Position numbers and translations under genes: made by a program. Positions 10,433 through 20,565 of a stretch of DNA of 64,000 nucleotides are shown in pieces. Numbering within the stretch: position 1 is the first letter of the stretch; every line of letters starts with the position of its first letter. The stretch lies in the NCBI GenBank assembly GCA_963755915.1, contig CAVWLP010000002.1:4928001-4992000 (forward strand), given 5' to 3'. Source of the DNA: an uncultured Phycisphaerales bacterium (GTDB lineage: Bacteria > Planctomycetota > Phycisphaerae > Tepidisphaerales > Tepidisphaeraceae). The notes under the pieces are model-generated. The model was not told the DNA's origin, did not search any database, and saw only the letters and a list, made by a program, of their open reading frames with translations.

Positions 10433-11392
10433 CTACTGCTGCTGCTGCACCTCCTGCAGATCCGCCGCCTCGCGTAGCGCCGCCGCGCCGGTGGCATAGG
10501 CGGGGATTTCCAGGGACTGCATGCGTTCGGCCGCGAGTTCGGCAGGGATGGTGGGGAGTTCTTCGCTTTTGACGGCGACGTCGATGGTTTCGGTGGCGTT
10601 GCCGCGGTAGACACCGCGGTTGGGGGGGACGTCGCGGAAATCGCGGCCGACGGCGACCTTCACGAAGTTTCCGCCGATGACGCAGCGGTTGGCGGCGTCG
10701 AAGCCGACCCAGCCGGCGGAGGGGAAAAGCATCTCGCACCAGGCGTGGGTTTGGGTGTAGCCGCGGTATTTCTGGGCGTCGGGGTGGATGAAGCCGCTGA
10801 CGTATCTCGCCGGGATTTTCAGCAGGCGGGCGAGGGCGATCATTAGGTGGGTGAAGTCCTGGCAGACGCCGTAGCCGGTGGTGAGGATGTCGGTGATGGG
10901 GCTGGCGGCGTTGGTGATTCCTTTTTTGTAGGTGAATTTGTCGTCGATGAGGTGGAGAATTCGCAGGGCCATTTCGCCGGAGCTGACGGCGCCGTGGGGT
11001 GCGATGATGCCGGCGAGGTCGTGAAGCTGGGGGCAGTCGACGATGGGGCCGCCGAACTGGAGGAAATCGTAGGCGGTGTAGTCGTAGGCTTCGGGGGCGA
11101 CGGGCCAGGGGTCGGCGAAACGCTCGGGTTCTTTTCTGGGGCGGTCGGTCTCGACGACGCTGGTGGCGATGATGGAGATCTGGCGGTGGAACATGTTGAC
11201 GCTGAAGGTGTGGACGGTGTTGCCGAGCCAGTCGAAATAGCTGTTGACGGTGGTCGGCGGGCCGATGGCGAGGTCGAAGGAGAGGCGGTGCTGGTCCTGC
11301 TCCTGGCGCGGGACCATGCGCAGCTCCATGATCGATTCGTTGATGAAATCGGAGTAGCGGAGTTCGGTTTGGTGGGTGATTTTTAGGAGCAT
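10433..11392 (-). CDS. Bacterial transglutaminase-like protein
   Basis: N-terminal ITHQTELRY..ELRMVP, catalytic GVCQDFTH, ARYVSG, THAWCE, GRDFRDVPP; C-terminal QQQQ. Confidence 0.93.
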   Translation of the reverse strand: MLLKITHQTELRYSDFINESIMELRMVPRQEQDQHRLSFDLAIGPPTTVNSYFDWLGNTVHTFSVNMFHRQISIIATSVVETDRPRKEPERFADPWPVAPEAYDYTAYDFLQFGGPIVDCPQLHDLAGIIAPHGAVSSGEMALRILHLIDDKFTYKKGITNAASPITDILTTGYGVCQDFTHLMIALARLLKIPARYVSGFIHPDAQKYRGYTQTHAWCEMLFPSAGWVGFDAANRCVIGGNFVKVAVGRDFRDVPPNRGVYRGNATETIDVAVKSEELPTIPAELAAERMQSLEIPAYATGAAALREAADLQEVQQQQ

Positions 11393-11434
11393 GGTGATTT
11401 TTTTATGGGGTTGTGGCGGCGGGTCGTGAAATTC

Positions 11435-11571
11435 CGAAACCAGAAACCAGAATGGCGAATCAAACCCGAATGACGAAATCCGAATGAAATCGGGCGGCAA
11501 CATGGGCAGCCGGTTTCGTCATTCGGATTTCGGATTTGATTCGTCATTCGAGTTTCTGGTTTCTGGTTTCG
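11435..11571. repeat. Inverted repeat built from 7-nt units (GAAACCA/CGAATGA/GAAATCC)
   Basis: cgaaaccagaaaccagaatggcgaatcaaacccgaatgacgaaatccgaat is mirrored by attcggatttcggatttgattcgtcattcgagtttctggtttctggtttcg. Confidence 0.8.
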
Positions 11572-11576
11572 CGCAC

Positions 11577-12610
11577 TCAGTGCATAAAATAGGACTGCTG
11601 GACCGCAACCGCGGCTTCGTGGACGGCGGTTTGGATTCGCTGCAAATAGGCTGGAATTCCTTCCGAAAGGATTTCGGATAATTCCGAATATTCGAGCTGG
11701 GCATCGAGGCGGCCGAGGATTCGCTCGGCGGGGTCGATGACGTTGCCGCGGCGCCGGCGCGGATGGCGGTGATGGCGGCGAGGGCGCTCGTCACCGTAAA
11801 ACGAATGCTGCGGGGAAAACTGCGCTCCAGGATCAGGAAGCCTGCCACGCGGGTGGGGTCCATGTCGCCGACGTAGTTGCGGCGGTAGGCTTCGATCGAG
11901 CAGCAGCTCCGCAGGACGGCCATCAGGTGGAGATTCCTCAGCGTGCTGTCGAACATCTGCTCGTTGGATTTAAGGATTTCATATTTCGTCTGGATCACCC
12001 GGCAGGTGACGTCCGTGCGCTCCAGAAATTTGGCGAGCTGGGTGAAGAGCCAGCGCTGGTCGTGGGGGAGGGTCTGGTCGGTAAGGCCCTGGAAGAGCAT
12101 GGAGCCGGCCATGACCGAGCGGTAGAGATCGTCGGGGGATTCGTCGAATCGGCCCGGAGTGTCGTCGCTGCGGAGGGACCAGTAGAGGGTGTTGAGGTTT
12201 TCCCACATCTCGGCGGAGATGTTTTCGCGAATGCCGCGGGCGTTTTCGCGAGCGTGGGTGAGGCAATTGAGGATGCTGCTGGGGTTGTCCAGGTTGAAGG
12301 TGAGCTGCTGGCCGACGCGCTGGGGGAGATTGGGGCCTTCAGGAAGCTCGGGGTGGTGGAAGATCGTCAGGAGGCTTTGCCACTGGCGGGCCTGGAGGGC
12401 GGGGGCGAGATCGCCGACGTCGATGAGAAGATTGGAATTGACCAGCAGGAGGCGGGCGACATGCTCGGAGCGCTCAACGTAGCGGGCCATCCAGTACATG
12501 GCGTCGGCGTCGCGCGAAAGCATGGACCGCTCTGGCTTCAGAGCCAACGAGGCGGGGATGCCGAGGGTTCGGGAAGTAATCGAGACGGAGGATTCGGCGG
12601 GGGCGCTCAT
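11577..12610 (-). CDS. Alpha-E domain protein (DUF403), frameshift near 11745
   Basis: [43 protein letters not shown] and FPRSI motifs. Confidence 0.9.
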
Positions 12611-12612
12611 GG

Positions 12613-14045
12613 TTATTCTTCTTCCAGAACCCAGGTGTCCTTGCTTCCCCCGCCCTGGCTGCTGTTGACGACGAGGCTGCCTTTGCGGAGGGCAACGCGC
12701 GTGAGGCCGCCAGGCATGACGATAACCTTTTGGCCATAGAGAATGTAGGGGCGGAGATCGACGCGGCGGCCTTCGAAATGGTCTTCGACAAGGCTGGGAT
12801 GCTGGCTGAGCTGGACGACGGGCTGGGCGATGAAGTTTCTGGGGTCGGCCTGGATTTTTTCGGCGAAGATCGGCGCGTTCGTCTGCGGAGGCCTGGTGGC
12901 CCATGAGCATTCCGTAGCCGCCGGATTCGTTGGTGCTTTTGACGACGAGTTCGTCGAGGTGTTCGAGCACGAATTTTTTGTCGGAATCGCGGGCGCAAAT
13001 ATATGTCGGGACGTTGGGGAGGATCGGTTCCTGGTTCAGGTAAAACTTGATCATGTCGGGAACGAAGGGATAGATGGCCTTGTCGTCGGCGACGCCGGTG
13101 CCGACGGCATTGACGAGGGCCAGATTTCCGACGCGGTAGGCGTTCATCAGGCCGGGGACGCCGAGGGCGCTGTCGGAGCGGAAACAGAGGGGGTCGAGAA
13201 AATCGTCGTCAACGCGGCGATAGAGGACGTCGATTCGGCGCAGGCCGGCGGTGGTGCGCATGTAGAGGAAGCCTTTATCGACGACGAGGTCACGGCCTTC
13301 GACGAGCTCGATGCCCATCTGCCGGGCGAGGAAGCTGTGCTCGAAATAGGCGGAGTTGTAAATGCCGGGCGTGAGGATGGCGATGCCGGCGTCGTCGGCG
13401 TAATGGGCGGCGACATATTTGAGCACCTGGAGGAGGTTGTACGGATAATCCTCGACGGCGCGGACGCGATAGGCGCTGAAGAGAGTCGGGAAGACGCGTT
13501 TCATGACGGTGCGGTTTTCCAGCACGTAGCTGACGCCGCTGGGCGTGCGGCCGTTGTCTTCGAGGACGTAATATTTTCCGTCCTTGTCGCGAATGAGATC
13601 GGTGCCGCAGATGTGGATGTAGATGTCGCGCGGCACGCGGACGCCAAACATCTCGCGGCGGAACATCTTCGCGCCGTAGATCAGCTCGGGGGGAATCACC
13701 CGTTCGCGAAGGATGCGCTGGGCGTGGTAGATGTCGTGGCAGAAAAGATTGAGGGCGGTGATGCGCTGGGTGAGGCCGCGCTCGATGACGTCCCACTCGT
13801 CGGCGGGGACGATGCGGGGGACGAGATCGAAGGGGAAGATTTTCTCGACGCCGCGGGTGTCGTTGTAGACCGTGAAGGTGATCCCCTGGTTTCGGAAGAG
13901 GATGTCGGTCATTCGGCGGCGTTTTTCAAGCGCCGTCTGGCCGAGGTTGCGAAGGCGGTTGACGAGGGATTTGTAGTGGTCGCGAGGGGTTCCCTCGCGC
14001 GAAGACCTCGTCGAACAGGCCGTTCACCTCGTAATTTTCAAACAT
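12613..14045 (-). CDS. Circularly permuted type 2 ATP-grasp protein (two frameshifts)
   Basis: [52 protein letters not shown]-terminal [10 protein letters not shown] in a shifted frame; start MFENYEV at 14045. Confidence 0.92.
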
Positions 14046-14193
14046 TCCGACGGATCCGTTCTCCCGTCTCTCTCTAAGCCGCCGGGGGCGATTCTAGGGA
14101 AACGGGGGCGGGTGGCAAGCATATTCTTCTGCCCCCATTCTGGTATCGGATTTGCGACATTTTTGCGGTGCAAGAAAGTGGCACCACGATTGC

Positions 14194-14552
14194 CTAACTT
14201 GCCTTTTTCCATACCGTCGTCAGCCATGAGACGGGGTTCGCTTGAATCGTATCCATCAACCGTCGCGCCAAAGGGGTAGGCCGGCGGACGCCGCGCTCCC
14301 AACCCTGGAGCCAAATCCGCGACACTCCCAGCAACTCGGCAAAGACGGCCTGGCTCATTCCAAGCCTGGCTCGAAGTTTTTTGACAGCGGCGGGGGAATA
14401 TTTGCCGGGCTCGGGAATGTCGATCGTGCGCACAGTAAACCGCTGCTCCAGCGGCGCCGCGCCTTCAATCGCTTCGGCAAGCGCCGAAGAGAGTGCATGA
14501 TATCGTCCGCCGCGCGCGAGCGTTTTTGTTTGGACTTGTTGTGTTCGGCCAT
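14194..14552 (-). CDS. HigA-like XRE HTH antitoxin (frameshifted)
   Basis: VKKLRARLGMSQAVFAELLGVS....GWERG; directly downstream of a RelE-like toxin. Confidence 0.85.
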
Positions 14553-14564
14553 TTTTTACTCCTG

Positions 14565-14912
14565 TCAGACTTTTGAAACACTACGCTTGATCAGCTCGAT
14601 TAACTTCCGTGCTTCCGCCTTGTCCTGCGGCGTGAGATTCGCCTGCTCGTTTTTTGGGTAGATCGCGAGCAGATAGACGGCGTCGGCGACGCGGAAATAG
14701 GCGTACCCGACGCGGAACGCGCCGCTCTTACCCACATGGCGCGAGGGCGGAGCGAACCTGACCTTTCTGAGACCGCCCGTACCTGAGACAACCGCGCCCG
14801 CTTCCGGATTGCGCAAAAGCGTCCGCTCCAGTGCCTGCAAATCATCATCCGTCAACCTCAGTTGCGCCCATCGCGCCGCAAACCGCGGAAGCTGAACGAA
14901 CGTCAGACGCAT
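14565..14912 (-). CDS. RelE/HigB-family toxin
   Basis: NPEAGAVVSGTGGLRKVRF..GKSGAFRVGY..LLAIYPKNEQANLT. Confidence 0.9.
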   Translation of the reverse strand: MRLTFVQLPRFAARWAQLRLTDDDLQALERTLLRNPEAGAVVSGTGGLRKVRFAPPSRHVGKSGAFRVGYAYFRVADAVYLLAIYPKNEQANLTPQDKAEARKLIELIKRSVSKV

Positions 14913-14919
14913 ACGCTGT

Positions 14920-14947
14920 ATACTAGAATACCCTGTAAGCTTGTCAA
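14920..14947 (-). promoter_or_regulatory. Putative sigma-70 promoter of the TA operon (leaderless)
   Basis: Minus strand TTGACA-N16-TAGTAT, then 7 nt, then the ATG; no SD sequence. Confidence 0.6.
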
Positions 14948-15091
14948 TAATGAACTATCGATCCATAATCCTGGGATGCAAGCGGCGGTGCTACCGCCTC
15001 CCCATTGCATTCCCCGCCTCCAAATGGACAATGCTCGCCCAAGGGCCGGGATCGGCGGAGAGAGAATTTCGGTACATTTAAGGAACCTGCC

Positions 15092-15436
15092 ATGCTGCTG
15101 ACCAAACACGAGGGCGCGACCTTTCAAAACCAGACCATCTACATCAGCGGGCAGGCGTTCGTCCGTTGTACATTCATCGCCTGTACGCTCGTGCTGCGGG
15201 AGACGGTTTATTATCTCGAGGGGTGTACGTTCGACCGGTGCAACTGGCACGTCGATCGCGTTTTGATGTGGGGCAGCCCCGAATCGATCCAGGAAGTGAA
15301 GGCGCTGATCGCGATGATCGAATCGGTGCAACAGCAGCAGCAGGCCAGCGCCGGACAGGGGAACCCGGTGGGTACGCTGGTGAATCCCACGCCAAATTTT
15401 ACGGGCGATCCGACGGCTGTGCCGCAGCCGGGATAG
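15092..15436 (+). CDS. Hypothetical protein with short Cys/Phe-spaced repeats and a poly-Gln tract
   Basis: AAGGA SD before ATG 15092; AFVRCTFIACTL and LEGCTFDRCNW; QQQQQ. Confidence 0.65.
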   Translation: MLLTKHEGATFQNQTIYISGQAFVRCTFIACTLVLRETVYYLEGCTFDRCNWHVDRVLMWGSPESIQEVKALIAMIESVQQQQQASAGQGNPVGTLVNPTPNFTGDPTAVPQPG

Positions 15437-15563
15437 GCTCTGTCTCATAGTGTGCGATATGTGAACCGCATCTTTTTTCTTCGTGTGCGATACCCGACCA
15501 GTGGACGTTGAGAAAGCCCTCGCCGCCAGGTTAAACTATCGGTCACGGAAAAGGAGTTGCGTC

Positions 15564-16136
15564 ATGCCAATGCGAACCACTATTCTCGGTGCTCTAGCCA
15601 TCCTCGCCGTCGTCGGCGTAAGCCTTGGCCAAGGTACGCTGGCAGCGAATCTTGCGACACTCACACCCGAGCCAGGTAAACCCGTCGCCGGGCTTCAACT
15701 CGCGCTTGATTGTGCCGCCCATGGTGTTCTGGAGATAACCTTTGAAAATGTGGGCCAAAATGCCATGGTTATCAATCTCGGCGACATGGTTGGCAATGGA
15801 CGCCAACTGGAGCCTCGGAACCTTCACCTGATCGTCAGTGGTCTCTCCGGGAAACCGCGCCAGCTCGATTGGAAGGGCCTCGCCGGCGTTTCCGGCCGGC
15901 TGGACGATTTCCTGGTCCCCCTCATGCCCGGGTCAAAATACACTATCACATTCTCGCTCGACGATTTGATCGGCGAAGGGAAAGGTGGCGACTGGAGCAG
16001 CACGGTGGCCGCCGGCGAAAAAGTCCAAGCCGTCTTCAAAGGCGCCGCACCTTCACTCTCGAACGGGGTAAGCATACCGGATTTGCCGATTTGGAATCAC
16101 AAGGTCGTATCAACTCCACTTCCGTACGCGGAATGA
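15564..16136 (+). CDS. Hypothetical secreted protein
   Basis: AAGGAG SD; signal peptide MRTTILGALAILAVVGVSLG; beta-rich body. Confidence 0.6.
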   Translation: MPMRTTILGALAILAVVGVSLGQGTLAANLATLTPEPGKPVAGLQLALDCAAHGVLEITFENVGQNAMVINLGDMVGNGRQLEPRNLHLIVSGLSGKPRQLDWKGLAGVSGRLDDFLVPLMPGSKYTITFSLDDLIGEGKGGDWSSTVAAGEKVQAVFKGAAPSLSNGVSIPDLPIWNHKVVSTPLPYAE

Positions 16137-16337
16137 CCCCGATAGTCCGTGAGCAGTGTCTGGAGTGCACTCCGCAAAACGCTCACGTCTCATAAATCCT
16201 CGCGCAGCCAGACGAAGCGGCTTTCGTTCGGCTGCAAGAAGCGACGACGAGGTTCCTCTAGGCAGCTTCCGCAGGACCGGCGAGGAGGAGCGACGCCGCA
16301 GCCGGACGAAAGACGCGAGTATGGCTCGCGAGGATTC

Positions 16338-17978
16338 ATGAGGCATAGCCTACAATCTCGCGTGAAATCAATCGTTTGTGCTTTTCGCCGGGCGGTGGTC
16401 GGGGGATTGGTATTCCTGGCGCTGTTTGCGGCCGTGCCGGCGTGGGCGCTTGATCCTTCGCAAATTCTGCTGATCACCAATGAGAATTCGCCGGACAGTC
16501 AGCGGCTGGCGGCGCTCTATTGCCAGCTTCGCGGGGTGCCGGTGGATCAGACGGTGGCGCTCGATTTGCCCAATGCCGAGGAAATGCCGTTTCTGACCTA
16601 TGAGCAGGATGTCATGGGTCCGCTGCGGCAGTATCTGGCGGATCACCAGCTCCAATCGAAAATCAAATGCCTGCTGACCTTTTACGGCGTGCCGTTTCGC
16701 ATTGCCGCCAGAGTCAACACCGAGGCGGACTTGCAGGAGCAGGCCGAGTTGAAGGATCTTCAATCGGCAACAGGGCAGGAGTTTGCCGACCTGGTGAGAT
16801 CGATTGAATCCAACGCGGCCGAGCTCGATCCGAACTTCAAGCCCGGGCGCGGCGATACGCCCGAAGCGCTCGATGCGCGATCGAAGGCGGCGATGATCGA
16901 TATTGTTTCAAAAATTCCCGCGATCGCCGATCCAGAGCAGCAGCGGGCACAAAGAGGGCGCCTGTGGGAGGACGTGGAGACGATCAACGGCCGAAGCGCC
17001 ATCGACAACGCCGAGCATGGGCAACCCGGGCCGCTGCACGACCAGGTGATGGAGGCCCGCCGGCTGATCGACACGCTGGGCGTGCAGCGCTGGGACCGGC
17101 AGGCAAGATCCGATCTTCGCCACTGGACCGAGCTGAATCTGGGCCTGGTCGGGCTTCTGCGCCTGCTCGATGCGCAGATTCAATATTTCGACACGGCCGA
17201 CACCGCATCAGCAACGGACAGCGAATTGTCGCTGCTCATGTGGGATTACTACCCGCGTTCGGGCAGGCTGCCGAACCCGATGAAGATTGATTTCATGGGG
17301 CGCTTGCAGCCGACGATGATGACCATGCGGCTCGATGCCCCAGACCCGGCAACGGTTGAGAAGATGATGCGGACCTCGATTGCGGTGGAGAAGACCGGGC
17401 TTCAGGGGATCGTCGCCATCAACGCGCGGGGCTTGCAGCCGATCGACGACAAGGGGCAACTTAATACTTACGGCGAGTTTGACGAGACGCTTCGTAATCT
17501 TGCCTATATGCTGCGCCTGAAAACCAATTTGAAGATCAAGCTGGGGAATGAGGACCTGGTTTTTCCGGCCCACACCGTCAAGAACGTGGCGCTGTATGTC
17601 GGCTGGTACAGCCTGCAAAAATATATTCCGGGTTGCGATTTCAATCCCGGGGCGGTGGGGTTTCATGTCGCAAGTTACGAGCTGACCACGCTGCACGTCC
17701 CCACGACCGAATGGGTATCCGGGCTTTTGCACGATGGAGTCGTGGCAACCCTTGGTGCGGTTGCCGAGCCCTATCTCGATTCATTTCCAAAGCCGGATGA
17801 TTTCTTTCCCCTGCTGCTGACGGGGAAGCTGACCCTTGCCGAGGTCTATTGGAAAACAACTCCTTATACGAGCTGGATGATTTCGTTCATCGGCGACCCC
17901 CTTTATACGCCATTTAAGAACGATCCGGCGATGAAGATTGAGGATTTACCCCCCGGGCTTCGGCGGGCGTTCCAATAA
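16338..17978 (+). CDS. TIGR03790-family protein (secreted)
   Basis: ALDPSQILLITNENSPDS, YGVPFRI, DSELSLL, RLDAP, YVGWYS, PGAVGFHVAS, GAVAEPYL and IGDPLYTPF motifs. Confidence 0.85.
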   Translation: MRHSLQSRVKSIVCAFRRAVVGGLVFLALFAAVPAWALDPSQILLITNENSPDSQRLAALYCQLRGVPVDQTVALDLPNAEEMPFLTYEQDVMGPLRQYLADHQLQSKIKCLLTFYGVPFRIAARVNTEADLQEQAELKDLQSATGQEFADLVRSIESNAAELDPNFKPGRGDTPEALDARSKAAMIDIVSKIPAIADPEQQRAQRGRLWEDVETINGRSAIDNAEHGQPGPLHDQVMEARRLIDTLGVQRWDRQARSDLRHWTELNLGLVGLLRLLDAQIQYFDTADTASATDSELSLLMWDYYPRSGRLPNPMKIDFMGRLQPTMMTMRLDAPDPATVEKMMRTSIAVEKTGLQGIVAINARGLQPIDDKGQLNTYGEFDETLRNLAYMLRLKTNLKIKLGNEDLVFPAHTVKNVALYVGWYSLQKYIPGCDFNPGAVGFHVASYELTTLHVPTTEWVSGLLHDGVVATLGAVAEPYLDSFPKPDDFFPLLLTGKLTLAEVYWKTTPYTSWMISFIGDPLYTPFKNDPAMKIEDLPPGLRRAFQ

Positions 17979-18049
17979 TCCGCAAGATTCTGAAGCGGCA
18001 GCGTGGGGGTTGATTCAAGTTGCGTGGATGTTTGACCGATATTCCCTGC

Positions 18050-18217
18050 ATGGCCGTTCAGATCATTTGCCCGAATCTTCAATGCCGGAAGATTCTTTCG
18101 GTACCGGATGAAGTTCGCGGGAAACAGGTGAAGTGCCAGTATTGCCAGACGACGTTCCGGGTGCCGGAGGTTCGCAAGCCGGTGGCGGCCGCTGGCGCTG
18201 AGGCCGCGAAGAAGTAG
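18050..18217 (+). CDS. Small zinc-ribbon protein
   Basis: CPNLQCRKILSVPDEVRGKQVKCQYC (two Cys pairs). Confidence 0.75.
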   Translation: MAVQIICPNLQCRKILSVPDEVRGKQVKCQYCQTTFRVPEVRKPVAAAGAEAAKK

Positions 18218-18275
18218 CAAGCCTGACGATTCTCCCGCCATCCCCGAAAACCAACGAGCCCCCGCCTCCCAAACC

Positions 18276-18303
18276 AAAAGCCACACCATGGCAATGGTGT
18301 GGC
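18276..18303 (-). terminator. Putative intrinsic terminator between convergent genes
   Basis: 10-bp hairpin gccacaccat-ggca-atggtgtggc preceded by aaaa (U-tail on the minus strand). Confidence 0.45.
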
Positions 18304-18391
18304 CCGCATAATGGGAGCCCCGTACCAAAGCCGCAGGGGTACTCGCACCCATGGAACCACCGCACTTAAAGATTTTCCATTCGGGATAGGA

Positions 18392-19644
18392 TCACCCCGG
18401 CACAACCGATGGCGCAACATTCCCATCGGCCGCCGCCGCACGCGGCGATTCCATCAGCGAAACGTAGCTATTCCGATACGCGACATAACTGATGTACGCC
18501 ATCAGCGGTGCAACCAATCCGCCCAAAAGCGGAATGATCTGAAAAAAGATCAGTACCAGAAACAGCAAACGGATGCCCCAACGCAGCAGGAATCGCTTTC
18601 CCAGCGGCAGATATTGGCTGAACGGCAGAACGATCTCCATGCGATAATAGACGCTGGCCACAATCAGCCCGAGAATCGGCACAAGGCTCATCAAAAAGCA
18701 GACCATCAAAACCACCGGAACCCGGCGGGCAATGAAGTCGGCATATTGCGACGCGAATTTTGCCTCGGCGGAAGAAGACCCTGAGCATGTCTGACAGGCA
18801 GCAAACGGCCTCCGCGCGGGAAATCGCAAAGCGCAACTCGGGCATCGTCGTTTTTCGACCAGGCGATACGCCTGGTTCGCCGGATCGGGCGATGGATATG
18901 GCTTGGACTGACCGAGAAAACCGACCGCGCTGGGGGTCGCATTCGCCTGATGACAAGTCGGACACGCAACGGCACTAGGGTACATCAGCGTTTGGCACTG
19001 AGGACACGCGACTTTGCGCTGGTCTTCGGTGATTTCCAGACGTTTGCGAATTGCAAAAAGCACGCCGGTCGCGATGCCGATGATCAGCAGCATCAGCAGC
19101 GGAAAAATAAATAGCAGAAATACTCCGAAAACAGTCCACGCCTCTTCCAGCCAACTGATCAACTTGTCCAGCCCGGTCCCATCGAGGTGATCGAAGACCG
19201 CCAGCGCCACGCTCTTGCGAAGAACGGCGAGGCGCCAGGTCAAAATCGCGGAAACAAAAGGAAATATGGCCTGGGAAAATCCCGCCTGATGTACGCTTTG
19301 ATTGACGAACGAGGCATCGCCGGAGCTGATCACGCCCAGCGACGTCAGGGCGGCCAGGGCGGGTTTCAGATAGATGTCGAATTCATGAATCACCTGTCGA
19401 ACTTCGGGGTTCTTTTGGCCGAGAATCTCCACGACCGACAGCACCGCCAGGACAACCAATGAAATATCGCTGGTAAACCAGGTCGGCTTGCCATGCCGGA
19501 GATAGGCCAGCAACCCGAGATGATGGACCACAGGAATATCCGGCCCAAACCGAAGCAGCAGAGCCGTCAAGAGCGCGGCAAAAAGATCCGCGTCGAAAAA
19601 AGGCTGGACGATCCGATGGCATTGAAAAGCGTCGCGAGGTTCAT
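18392..19644 (-). CDS. DUF4126-like membrane protein with internal zinc ribbons (frameshift near 19575)
   Basis: N-terminal SSLFSTRIFLP and VLAVLSVVEILGQK..ISWLEE segments; four CxxC motifs; C-terminal TM block. Confidence 0.6.
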
Positions 19645-20040
19645 GTGATAGGGATTATATGGGTTTTCTTTCTCCAACCGATGAAAAGGCCAAGCGCACC
19701 GCCAAGGGTCGAATGAATGTGCCCGGTCGCCGAATCGCGCAAACGGCCCGCCTGGTCGGTGACCCAACTGCTCGTATCCTTGTACTTGTTCTCAGCCGCG
19801 GTGAAATCGATGTTCATCACATTGAAATAAGAGAGCAGAACCAATCCACCGAGGACGAGTGCGGTGATCGATGCCGTGATTTTCAGGAACGTCCGGAATA
19901 ACCAGCCGACCAGAAACCCAAGAAGAACGCTGGCGCCGACCCGGCGTGCCCAGCCCGCCAGTACGGACGGCGCGGGCTGGGTCGTGGGCGTCGGCTGTTG
20001 AACAGCGCCAGCTGATGTTGGTGGAATATTGGAGTCGGCC
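19641..20040 (-). CDS. FUN14-like membrane protein (start uncertain)
   Basis: The frame of ORF 19641..19844 extends upstream: VGASVLLGFLVGWLFRTFLKITA..LSYFNVMNIDF..GLFIGW. Its stop overlaps the next ATG (ATGA). Confidence 0.65.
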
Positions 20041-20347
20041 AGCGTGTGATATCCTCGATGAGCCCGACGGCAGTGTAGTCCTGCTGAGTCGTTATGGCAT
20101 TCTTCGGATGTGTTCAGACGGCAATCCGTTGGCGAAAGTTAGTGCTTTCACGCGAAACAATTTCGCCTTGAAATTCCCGGGCCAGATCACGCATTGCAGG
20201 AGTTCGAATCCTGTTGCTTGCTCGCCTTAACTCCAGATTTTCCGAAGGAATTTGAACAACTCATCGAACCAAAGGAAGTTCATAAGTAGTGATGCGGCAA
20301 AAAGATGCCGTGATGAAATTGCCGAAACGAATTTCCGTCCCGTCGAA

Positions 20348-20427
20348 TCGGAGCGACAAGGTTTGAACTCACTTTGCCCGAAACCCCAAGCGGAGACCCG
20401 ACCTAATCATTACGCACACGCAGCTCG
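20348..20427 (-). pseudogene. Possible heavily degenerate tRNA-Pro-like remnant
   Basis: Minus strand ends GAGTTCAAACCTTGTCGCTCCGA (like a tRNA-Pro 3' end) with CTTGGGG upstream; stems do not pair well. Confidence 0.25.
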
Positions 20428-20565
20428 AACATGCCCCGGTTTGTTTACTCTTAATCAAATCCCCTCACCCGCCCGCAAATAAAGCTAGCACACACTAATC
20501 AAATTCGCGAAAAATGTAAAAAAACGTAAAATTATGTAAATCCCCCCCCACCGAATCAGACCTCC

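Noticed and set aside
11519-13912. 797-aa ORF suggesting an ATP-grasp/alpha-E fusion
   Set aside because: A frameshift near 12855 joins the two genes. The true ATP-grasp end ([13 protein letters not shown]-stop at 12613) is present in another frame.
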